Position numbers and translations under genes: made by a program
The notes under the pieces: generated by a model
Told to the model about the DNA's origin: nothing
Seen by the model: the letters and a program-made list of their open reading frames with translations, nothing else
Databases searched by the model: none
In this document: in pieces, positions 26,301-36,809 of the stretch
Numbering within the stretch: the stretch's first letter is position 1
Layout of the letters: the number at the start of each line of letters is the position of its first letter
Assembly: GCF_001194135.2 (NCBI RefSeq)
Contig: NC_068989.1
Span: forward strand, 1,953,479 to 2,017,478
Reading direction: 5' to 3'
DNA length: 64,000 nucleotides
From: Octopus bimaculoides
Lineage: Eukaryota

Positions 26301-29300
26301 ATTGCTCTTTACCATGTAACCCTTGAACTCACAATCCTGGGGTTGATGTAATCGATGTAGGCCTTGTGCCAAAATATGAAACCAATGTTAGTTATGGTTG
26401 ACCCATTTAATTAGTGCTACTTTGAAAAACACAACACGTTAAAGTGTATTGATGATGATGATGGACATTCTAAAAACTTTTTTTGTCAGGGAACATGATA
26501 AAGATCCAGAAAGATTCTTTAATGTTTTGAATTGGCTCCATGAAGAAAATTTTGATTTCTGGGTTTCTGTTATTGGCCAAAGCTTTTCTGAAGTTCCAGG
26601 TAATTACTCTAATGTTTAATTAACGTAAGTATTGTATTTCTTTTTAGAAGAATGGGTTGGTAGGCTTGGCACTCCATCAGTTATGATGTTGAGGGTTCCA
26701 GTTGATTCGATCAACCAAACAGCATGCTCATGAAATTGACACGCATACCCTTGATGTAGTTTTCAAGGAAGTTCAGTGAGACATAGAATGTAACAAGGCT
26801 GGTCCCTTTGAATTACAGGTTCAACTCATTTTTGTCAGCTGAGTGGACTGGAGCAATGTGAGATACAGTGTCTTGCTCAAGGACACAATGTATATGCTGG
26901 GAATTGAACTCATGACCCTATGATCTTGAGTCAAATCCCTTTATGGGACTCATTGGCTTAATAACCAAATTGTAAATTTATCTTGGTGTTTTAACCCATT
27001 AGGTCCCACGGTCCTATTTATAAGACACTAAATGAAATTATTAAATAAGCTATATCACATTATCTCAGTGTCCTATTTATAGGACACCGAGTATTTCCAT
27101 TTCTACTTGAAGTAAAGGAGTTTTAATAATTATTTTTTTCATTTTAACCTATTTTCAATCATCTGTAAAAATTTTAAAATAATATTCAGAAATTTTCATT
27201 TGTGTATTATGAGCCATCAAAGGAGCTTCTAAGTGGTTATTTGACTTGCTAGAAACAGCAGCCAAATCTTTCTGTCATCTCAAATAAAGACAATCATCAT
27301 CATCATCATTTAACATCCATTGTCCATGCTGGCATGGGTTGGACTGTTTAACAGGGCTGGTAAGCTGAGGGGCTGCACCAGACTCTAGTCTGATTTGGCA
27401 TGATTTCTACAGCTGGATGCTCAACCTCTTTACAGAATGTGCCTCAGTGCTTTTACATGGCACAGCTGTGAGTATTTTACACCACCAGAGGATCAGTCTT
27501 AACACTTCTGAATACTTCTACTTGAATATCTTTAATCATAAGTCTGTACAATCAGGATTAACCTGGGTTTAAACAACATCATATATTTTGTGCATAAATA
27601 GAGATATCTTATGAAAACTGCCACATGCTGAATAAAGAATGGGAAGAATAGCAAAAAAAAAAAAAAGAAATTCAGTATTTTGTCTTTAACTTAAAATAAT
27701 CATTTAATAAGATCTTTCATTCATATATTTCAGATGTTTTTATACAATCAAAGGAAAAATTAAAAATTCATCTCAAAACTTGGGGATTTGTTGACGACAA
27801 GAAAGATTATTATGAAATTCTAAAAACGGCAGATGTTGTTGTCTCCACTGCAAAACATGAATTCTTTGGAGTATCAATGTAAGTATATGTGCTTTTTCAT
27901 TTTTCTTTGATCACCATCACATCTAATATCTTTGGGATCTGCCTCAAGTGTCTCATCAGATAAAAAAAACCCTAATTGTGAAGGTTTTTTTTTTCATGTT
28001 TGCCATGTAATATCTTTACCTCTCATCTGTACAGTTGGGTAAATAATATTGCTTTCAAATTTTTGCACAAGGCTAGCAAGTATGGAGAAGGGGGTAAGTC
28101 GATTACATTGACCCCAGTGTATTACTGGTATTTATTTTATTGACCCTGAACGGACGAAAGGCAAAGTTGACTTTGGCAACATTTGAACCCAGAGTGTAAA
28201 AATTGGTTGAAATACAATGAAGTATTTCGCAAGGCATACTAATGATTTTAATGCTATGCATTTCATCATCATCATCATTGTTTAATGTCTGCTTTCGGTG
28301 CTGGCATAGGTTGGACAGTTTGATTGAGGACTGGCAAGCCAGAAGGCTGTACCAGGCTCCAATCTGATCTGGTAAGGTTCCTACAGCTGGATGCCCTTCC
28401 TAACGCCAACCTTTGGACTCTATGTGGACTCAAGTGTACTTGGTCTTCAGTTGCTCTCTCCTCCTTCTGGATGCTGAACTGGATCTCATGTTCTATTTCT
28501 TAACTGAACCTACCATTACAACTAAGACAATTTAGTGTCTATGTCAGTAGTAACAGACAACCAAATGAGAGGATGTCAGCCAGATTCAGGAACTGGCGAT
28601 GTACTGTTTCTGTGACTAAGGCCATCAACTCTGAAGTGGTGTTGCGGGGTTGATAAAGATAACCGCTATAAGCTGTGGGAGCATAGTAAAACTGACAAGT
28701 GTTTTGTGGGCTTGTAGTAGTGAGTTAGGGTTCTGGCTGAAGCGAAGGTTAGCTGAAATACACTGTTGTCATATCGGGTGGTGGTTGGGTGGGGTGTCAA
28801 TGTCTCTCATCTTATGACTTTATATTCTCTTGAAAACCCAAAGATAAGAATCTATGGAAGTGCAGGGAAAAATAATCCTCCCCCCATCACCACCACCACC
28901 ACCATCATATATCTATATTTCCTGCTGGCATGGTTTGGACAGTTTGACAGGATCCATATTCTACACCAAGACAAACCTTTCAGTTGTGTTCCAATATTGT
29001 TGTTCTTGGTGTTGACGTTATTTTCAATTTTATTGCTCCAGGCTTGAAGCTGTTTATTATGGCTGTTACCCTCTCTGTCCAAATAAATTAGTTTATCCAG
29101 AAATATTTCCACGTAAGTATCTTCCAAGTATTATTGTCTTATAATGTAACTTCTTACAACACTTTGCTTCCATGCTTAATGTCTAACTTTAACTGAAATT
29201 CTTTATCGTATCTTATTGCTATTGATTTTCTATCAATGATAGACCAGACAAATATACTTCCCATTGGGTGCATGTTTTCAAACCTCATTTTATTATAATT

Positions 29301-29982
29301 AATATTAATATTGTAATTAAGGTGAAAGCAGTGAGCTGGTAGAGTCTTGAGCATACTGGACAAAATGCTCAGTAGCTTTTAGTCTAGCTTTATGTTCTGG
29401 GTTCAAATTCCACCAAGGTTGACTTTGCCATTCATCCTATCAAGGTTGATGAAATAAGTGCCAGTTGAGCTCTGAGCTCAATGTAATTACTATCGCCCTT
29501 CTCTAGTGCTCCCTCTATCCAAGACCACTATTGACCTTCATTATTCTCTCGCATCACCCTTCTCTACTGCCAGCCATCACTCCCGCTTATCAGCACCCTG
29601 GCTGTCTCTTACCACTTCTGTGACTATCCATAGCATGGATCACTCTCTGACTAGTAAACATCACTGCTTCTCTTTTATTACTCATTACCATAAAGGAGAG
29701 AGACAGATGCATGCACGTGAAGGGCTTCTACCCATTTCATTCACAAGGCATTGGTCAGCCTGGGGCTATAATAGAAGACACTTGACCAAGGTGCAACGCA
29801 ATGGGAATGAACCTGAAACCTTGCGGTGGGGAAGTAAACTTCCTAAGCACACAGCCATATTAAATACGGAAATACCAACTGTTAAAGCCTATATTCTTCT
29901 CCCGATCAGATATCTATGTATGTATATGTATGTGTGTGTTTGTGTGTATATGGGTGTGTGTGTATATGTATGTGTGTGTATA

Positions 29983-30025
<43 letters not shown>

Positions 30026-31813
30026 ATCTATCTTCCTCCAGTCTGTACATTTTTCACCTTTTTCTCTTTTTGTTTGTTTGTTTTCCTCCTATCTCTTGAA
30101 TGTTGTTGAAGTCCTTGTCAGTTTTATTCTGTGAAGATATCCACCAGAGAAACAAGATGGCTGTTTTCTGAGTGACAGTTTTAGCCAACTTAAATATTTA
30201 CTTAATTTCAACAATTGATTTCTATTGACTGGTCCTTTTATTGACAATGGCAACATCTGTTCTTAATTGCAAACATAAGCAGGTACACACGCACACACAC
30301 ACGTACGTACGTGTGTTTATTGTGAGCAGAATCGAAATATAAAATCAGTTTTCTTTTTCATCATTTAAAATTAACAAAACGAATATTTAAAATATTTGTT
30401 TAAAAAATGATGGTATTTTTTTCTATTTCCTTTTGTAAATTACATATTTAAACTGATTCATCTAATTACTTTTTGTTTATTTTTAGAATGCTACCTTTAT
30501 AACACAGAACATCAGTTGTTTAAAAAGTTGAAGAGATTTTGTAAATTCCCACATTTGACTAAAAAATTACCAGAAAAGGTAAAGCTTATGAAATTTTCAT
30601 TTCTATCCTTATTGAGGTGTTTTTTAAAGGCGCCTGGCCAAGTGGTTAGGGTCTTACACTCATGATCTGGTGACCATGGGTTCAATCCTGGACTAAGCAG
30701 CACATTGTGTTCTTGAGTAAAACACTTCATTTCATGTTGCTCCAGTCCACTCAACCGTAAATGGGTCACACTTGCAACAGAATAGCTTTCCAATCGAGTG
30801 TGGAGGGGCTGTTTGCCTGATTGCCTAGACATCAGGGTGGTATCATTTGAAAGCTAAAATGATGTAAAGGGCATTGTAGCCAATGATGTCTATAAGAACA
30901 TCTAATAGGCTGATTGATCACACGACCAAGGTTTTTTTGTTAATCTGCAGTTGTCTTATGGCAGGCCTTAATTATTTCACCAAACCCTTGTTTTAACTAC
31001 ATTCAACATCCAACAGGATATGTTGGAGAATTCAACAGAGACGAACTTACTTAGAATGGAACAAGGCCTGAAATCTGGCGGCAAGCTATTAATCAATACT
31101 TTATCAACCCCTAAAGCAGTGTTCCCCAACCATATTTTAGACCTACAGACCCCTTTGATTCATATTCTACACAAATGGATCCTCATACCCATTCCATGTT
31201 TAAAAGAAATCCTCTTCATCATCATCATCATCATTGATTAACATCCATTTTCCATGCTGGTATGGGTATTTGTCCTCATCTTGTTTGTTGTTAACACAAT
31301 GTTTCGGCTGATATACCCTCCAGCCTCCATCAGGTGCCTTCATCAGGCTGGAGGGTATATCAGCCAAAACATTGTGTTAACAACAAACAAGATGAGGACA
31401 AATATCCATCAAATGTAAATAATGTTACCTTTGGGTAAGTCTTCTACTGTAGCCTTGGGCTTACCTTGTGAGTGAGTTTAATAGACAGAAACTGGTAGAA
31501 GCCTATCTGTGTGAGTGTATCCTTGTTTAGAGCTCCCACGAGAGCTGTAAATGAGCATCACTGACAAACAGGCAAGGCTACTCATTTCCATTTATCCATG
31601 GAAAACATGTCAAACTCTGAAAAGATAGTATTACCTTGCTTGGAAACGGGTGAGGTCATGTTATTTGTATTTGTTTTCTTTATATATTAATCTATCTCTT
31701 ATGATTTTATATTTCAGATTGATTTGCAACGCTTTATGTGGAAACAACTCAAAGAATCATATGAGGAGGTTCTGAAAGGAACTGTCTCTCCAGATCAGAC
31801 AAAAATAGACTGA
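22202..31813 (+). CDS. GTDC1: GTDC1 / queuosine-tRNA mannosyltransferase (QTMAN) ortholog, 8 coding exons, 448 aa
   Basis: join(22202..22383,24077..24244,24826..25308,26490..26599,27734..27878,29042..29112,30487..30578,31718..31813) = 1347 nt. All introns are GT-AG and phases are consistent. Contains GTDC1 hallmark motifs [74 protein letters not shown], recognised from recalled human GTDC1 sequence. Confidence 0.95.
24077..24244 (+). CDS. GTDC1: GTDC1 exon 2 ([20 protein letters not shown]...GYNQILS)
   Basis: acceptor ttccccag; donor TG|GTAAGC. Confidence 0.93.
24826..25308 (+). CDS. GTDC1: GTDC1 exon 3 ([13 protein letters not shown]...LHIVWPHR)
   Basis: acceptor tttcaacag; donor TG|GTAAGT; matches ORF 24845..25312. 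Confidence 0.93.
26490..26599 (+). CDS. GTDC1: GTDC1 exon 4 ([11 protein letters not shown]...QSFSEVP)
   Basis: acceptor tttttgtcag; donor G|GTAATT. Confidence 0.93.
27734..27878 (+). CDS. GTDC1: GTDC1 exon 5 ([10 protein letters not shown]...[11 protein letters not shown])
   Basis: acceptor atatttcag; donor AT|GTAAGT. Confidence 0.93.
29042..29112 (+). CDS. GTDC1: GTDC1 exon 6 ([24 protein letters not shown])
   Basis: acceptor ttgctccag; donor C|GTAAGT. Confidence 0.93.
30487..30578 (+). CDS. GTDC1: GTDC1 exon 7 ([31 protein letters not shown])
   Basis: acceptor tttttag; donor AAG|GTAAAG. Confidence 0.9.
30630..30775 (+). mobile_element. tRNA-headed SINE, family D
   Basis: tggccaagtggttaggg...gggttcaatcc head plus ttgtgttcttgagtaaaacacttcatttca..ttgctccagtccactca core. 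Copies at about 1064-1170, 14670-14790, 26810-26930 (-) and 51765-51960 (+). Confidence 0.7.
31262..31425. mobile_element. Inverted pair of Penelope-like terminal-repeat fragments forming a 60-bp hairpin, with a degenerate hammerhead motif
   Basis: Arms 31267-31326 and 31345-31404 are reverse complements with one mismatch. The minus strand reads ggcac CTGATGGA GGCTG..CAGCC GAAA CATT GTGTT. Confidence 0.75.
31718..31813 (+). CDS. GTDC1: GTDC1 exon 8 ([19 protein letters not shown]...KID*)
   Basis: acceptor atatttcag; TGA at 31811-31813; aligns with the F.W..L C-terminus of GTDC1. Confidence 0.85.
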   Translation: MDLQRFMWKQLKESYEEVLKGTVSPDQTKID

Positions 31814-34800
31814 GAATGTTAAGGGCAAAGATTTTTCAGTCGAGGACACACTCCATACTGACCTTACGGTAAAAATTGCTTTCCTGGCTGCTTGTGAAGC
31901 ACTTCATCTTCCAAATCTGAAATATCTGAAATAAATCTGGGACAATTTTTGCAAGAAAAATATATATGTAAGGTGTGAGTGCGATATATTTAATAGAAAA
32001 ATACATATCATATTTCATTATTTGAAGATGAAGTGGAGAAGACCAGCAGTTGGTGATGGAAATACAGTGTTTTGTGAGATACAATGTATGTTTTGTATGT
32101 GTGTTGACTGCGAGGTTGTGAGTTGTAATCGTCTCACACAGATTATGTTTGGATTCAACTGACTGCTATGGTGTGTCCTCTCTCTCTTAGAAAAGCACCT
32201 AAGTCTGTTTAATGGTTCTGCTTTAAGTTGAAGGGCTTAGCAGCAGCAGAAAGAGCATCTAATTACGAAAGCATTTGCTTCAACATTGCAGCGACACCCT
32301 ACTTTTATTCTAACATGAGAAAATACACACATACAGGTGCGTGTGTGTGTGAAAATAGATATAGTCTTAAAAATTTTTGTAGGTTCCCCCACTACAAATC
32401 ACTATCCTCTACCAATCAAGTCTTATCCAAAACATGTATTAATTTGAGGCATATGGTCCCTGTAAAAATAGGCCAAGCTTCAAACACTAGTCAGAAACAA
32501 GGCAATTGCAGCATAACACATCTATCTCAGCTTTTGAAAATTAGTGTAAACTGTGAAACCGGTTAAATCTTTAAATATAATAAAAAAATTTTAACTACTC
32601 TCAGGGCATTTTCAACTTCTATTTTTTACATATATATATATATGCCAGAATAAGCACATAAATGTGAAACAAGGTGGAAAGGCTACCAATAGTTTCATGT
32701 AGAAAGAAATCTCAATAATTATCAAGCCTGCCACATGGGAACATTGATACTCATCTCTATCTTGGATGAGAATACATGTAGTTACACGAGGCTGTAAGAG
32801 ATTTTGTGATAAATAAATATACAGATCATAGGAAGTAACTTATAGGAAAATCATAATTGTCTCATTTGCAGTTGACTTAGTATCCTTATAGTGTGTATAT
32901 ATATATATATATATATCATCATCATCATCGTTTAACGTCCGCTTTCCATGCTAGCATGGGTTGGACGATTTGACTGAGGACTGGTGCAACCAGATGGCTA
33001 CACCAGGCTCCAGTCTGATTTGGCAGAGTTTCTACAGCTGGATGCCCTTCCTAACGCCAACCACTCAGAGAGTGTAGTGGGTGCTTTTACGTGTCACCCG
33101 CACGAAAACGGCCACGCTCGAAATGGTGTCTTTTATGTGCCACCCGCACAAGAGCCAGTCCAGGGGCACTGGCAACGATCTCACTCCACAAATAAAATAT
33201 ATCAACAACATAACTAATCTTCTGACAAACTATNNNNNNNNNNNNNNNNNNNNNNNNNNNNNNNNNNNNNNNNNNNNNNNNNNNNNNNNNNNNNNNNNNN
33301 NNNNNNNNNNNNNNNNNNNNNNNNNNNNNNNNNNNNNNNNNNNNNNNNNNNNNATATATATAATGTAGTTAGTCTAACCGCATTGTTTCAAGTATAATTT
33401 AAAATTATTTTGGAGTAAATTAAGTATTATTTTAATTGAATAATGCCATCATACCATTTTTAATATTACCTTTATGAGTAATTGGGCTCACTTGACATTG
33501 AAATATAAAAGTTACTGTTTTTTCAGTGAAATCATTCCACAATCAACAAACTGTAGTAAGATGCTGTAGTTTGTTGAGATACAATCAGTCCATCAGTTCA
33601 CACGTTGAATGTAAATGTTTGCAATGATTCATCACCATTTAAGGCACATTTTTCCATTGGTCAGATGGTATCTGTTGAGGCAGATTTTCTACAACCAGAT
33701 GTTGCCCTTCCTCTTTCCAAGCAAGGTAATATTTCCCCATGTTTTTCATGGAAGAACCACTAAGTTACCAGCATGTCAGCATTCCAACACCAGTTGACGC
33801 ACACACAACGAGTTTGTGTCTGCCAAATCCACTTGCAGGTCTTTGGTCAGCTCGTGGCTATAGCAGGTGCTCAAAATACCATGCAGTGGGACTGGACCTG
33901 GGACCATGTGGTTGGGAAGGAAGCTTCTGGTCACCTATTTACTTATTTTAGGTAAATATTTAAATTCGCTTCAGGTTTATTTTAATTTGTATTTGACAAG
34001 ATGCAGTTGATTGCTGGATGTTAAAGAGGTTTGCTGTCAGGTGAATGGCTGCTCTCGTAGCTTGCATGACTCTTTCAACATTTGCTTTTCATCATCATCA
34101 TCATCATCATCATCATCGTTTAACGTCCGCTTTCCATGCTAGCATGGGTTGGACGATTTGACTGAGGACTGGTGAAACCGGATGGCAACACCAGGCTCCA
34201 GTAATGATTTCATATGGAGACACTGCATGATGAAATCCCTAGGACCCTAAAACTGAGGGACTCACTGGGGTACCACACCAACTTCATGCACAGCAGATTT
34301 CAATCTTTTAGATTTGAAAGATTCACATTAACAATCACTCTTTTTTTTTTTTTTGAAGTTTTTTTTCCCCCAATTCAAAGTCTGTAACTTGTATGGAAGA
34401 GTATTTTTCCAAGAAAGTCATTTATCAGTACTGTAAAAAAAATTATTTATGTTATGACTTTTTGTAAAAAAAAATTTTATATAAAAAAGTTTTGTGTTTT
34501 CTTTTTTATGGAAATGGTTTGTATTGTGTGCTGGAGAATATGGACAACTTAAAACTCATTCATACATACATATATGTGTATACACATGCACACACAAGTG
34601 CAGCTTTGATAACGGACGGAATCAAAAACTATTGAAGAGGTTACAAGAAAAAAAAAAAAATTAAATAAATAAGTAAATGAGTGGAAATTGAACCAGTGTG
34701 TGTGTTAATTAATAAGACATTAAAACAGAATGGCTCTCCCCAAACACAAATTCACAGAAAGAATCTGGCAAACCAAATACAAAAACAAAATAAAACTCGT

Positions 34801-35585
34801 TCTATTATATGTGATGTTAATTAACAGAACCATTAGTATTAGAAAACAACTTTATGGTATTTCTTCTGGCTCTTTACATTCTGGGATCAACTTTGCCTTC
34901 CATTCTTTTGGGGTTGATAAAATAAAGTACCAGTCTGTGGTATTAACTAACCCCTCCCTTCAAAATTGCTGGCCTTGTAGCTTAATCAGAAACCATTAAA
35001 TGTGAGCATAATGTTTTATCTTTTCCTTGTTTCAGTCATAAGACTGTGGTCATGCTGGAGCACCACCTTGAAAATGAATCGAACACAGTACTTGTTTTTT
35101 TTTCTTTTCTTTTTAAACCCAGTACTTATTCTGTCTGTCTCCTTTGCTGAACTGCTAAGTTACAAGGACATAAACACACCAGCACTGATGGGCGACAGAT
35201 ACATATAAATGTATATACAATGGGCTTCTTTCAGTTTCCATATACTAAATCTACTCACAGGGCTATAGAAGATGACACTTGCCCAAGGTGCTATACACAC
35301 TCTAAGCAAACTTAAAAATAAATACTGGTCAGTACTAAAAGCAATGCCATCTTAATTCTCTATGGAGAAATAAACTGGAGACAGACTTACGCGTGTGTGG
35401 GTGTCTAAAAGTAGCTTCTCTTTTATCTCTGCCGACAAAAATCCTGGTACACGAGAAATGTGGTGCTAAATGAGGTGAGGGACGAAAGAATTGAATGGTG
35501 TGGAGGTAAAGGGTAGTGTCAGTGAAAGAAGAGAAAAAGGTAGAGAGAGATTTATGGTACTGGTAATATACACACACACACATAT

Positions 35586-35822
35586 ACGAAAATTAACAAG
35601 TCATACTATTGCAGAGGATTTTATTAAACCATCAATATCAGCATTTTTTAAAACAGTCCTGGAAAAAGATGACAAAGTGGTTCAAGCCATGCTACTCAGT
35701 AACAATACTGTTAGTAGAAGAATAGATGAAATGAGTAAAGATATTGTAACACAACTTGTTGAAAAGCTGAAATCAAGAAAATTCCCATTACAAATGGATG
35801 AATCAACTCTAAGAGACAGCAG
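35586..35822 (+). mobile_element. hAT (Buster/Charlie-like) transposase fragment
   Basis: SHTIAEDFIKP...LSNNTVSRRIDEMSKDI..QLVEKLKSRKFPLQMDEST, typical of Charlie/Buster (SCAND3/ZBED5-like) transposases; isolated fragment. Confidence 0.8.
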
Positions 35823-36614
35823 TTCATTAGTTGTCGGCTGTCTATCTACTCTTGTATATATTTTCTTGCGTCACTGATAATGGTGAGGTCACCAAGTTAT
35901 TTGCAAGACAAGAAAAAGATGTGGTAATTTAGTAAAATATAGAGTACAAGTTTATAGAAATAGATTTTAATCTGCAGGAAAAACTGACTGAAATATTTTT
36001 TTTATTGCTTGCTGTTGGTCATTGATTGACCAGTCAATGTGGTAAAATAATGTGGCTGGTAAAAAAAGCTTCCACATAAAATGTTTGTTTTGACCAAGTA
36101 AGCCATGTAATTTAACCTGGTTCAATATTGACTAACAGCAGAATGTCTGGAGAACTTTCTTCTACTACTAGTGTTGTAAGGGAAAGCACGATTAGTTTAC
36201 ATGTATACTGTGGGAATATATACAAGGGATGTGTTTGAGAATGAGGTGTGTATACAGGAACAGATGTATATACAAGTGAATCTGCACATCTGTGTATATA
36301 TGCTGTGACGATCCAGCTTACAAATGCTTTCAATGTGAAGGGTAGCTGCAAAGTGAAGAACTTTGTTTATTTCTCATTGGCCAGTGACTAAAACTGGTTT
36401 CTCCTGTCCAGTAAAATGGTCTGTGACCAAATAATGATTTCATTCGTAATGAAACATTTACCTCAACTGGAAGTAATCGTTATACATCACTCAACTACCA
36501 CAAGGGAGGCCTTCAATATGATAAAGAAGGTGACTGACCAGAGGAGATGGATGTGTTGTCTTGGTTTGGAACTTGTTAGTTTCAAATTGCTTCAGTATAA
36601 TCGTGGTTTGCAAG

Positions 36615-36809
36615 TCATCTTTCCATCTTCAAGTCTTCATTGCTGTGTTCTTTCATGCTGGGTGAAGAAGATTTTCTGTAAAGCCACACTGTATCAATGC
36701 CAGTTCCTATAGTTTGGTATGGTTCCCAATCAGGAAAAGGAAATCTGCAGGCCACAACAGACATGCTGCAGTCCATTTCTTTATTTAGTTTCTCTTTTAG
36801 TGGCATCAT
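36615..36809 (-). CDS. ATPSCKMT: FAM173/ATPSCKMT-like exon 4 (MMPLKEKL...CRFPFPDW...MER*)
   Basis: acceptor ttctttcag; TGA at 36617-36615. Confidence 0.92.
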   Translation of the reverse strand: MMPLKEKLNKEMDCSMSVVACRFPFPDWEPYQTIGTGIDTVWLYRKSSSPSMKEHSNEDLKMER

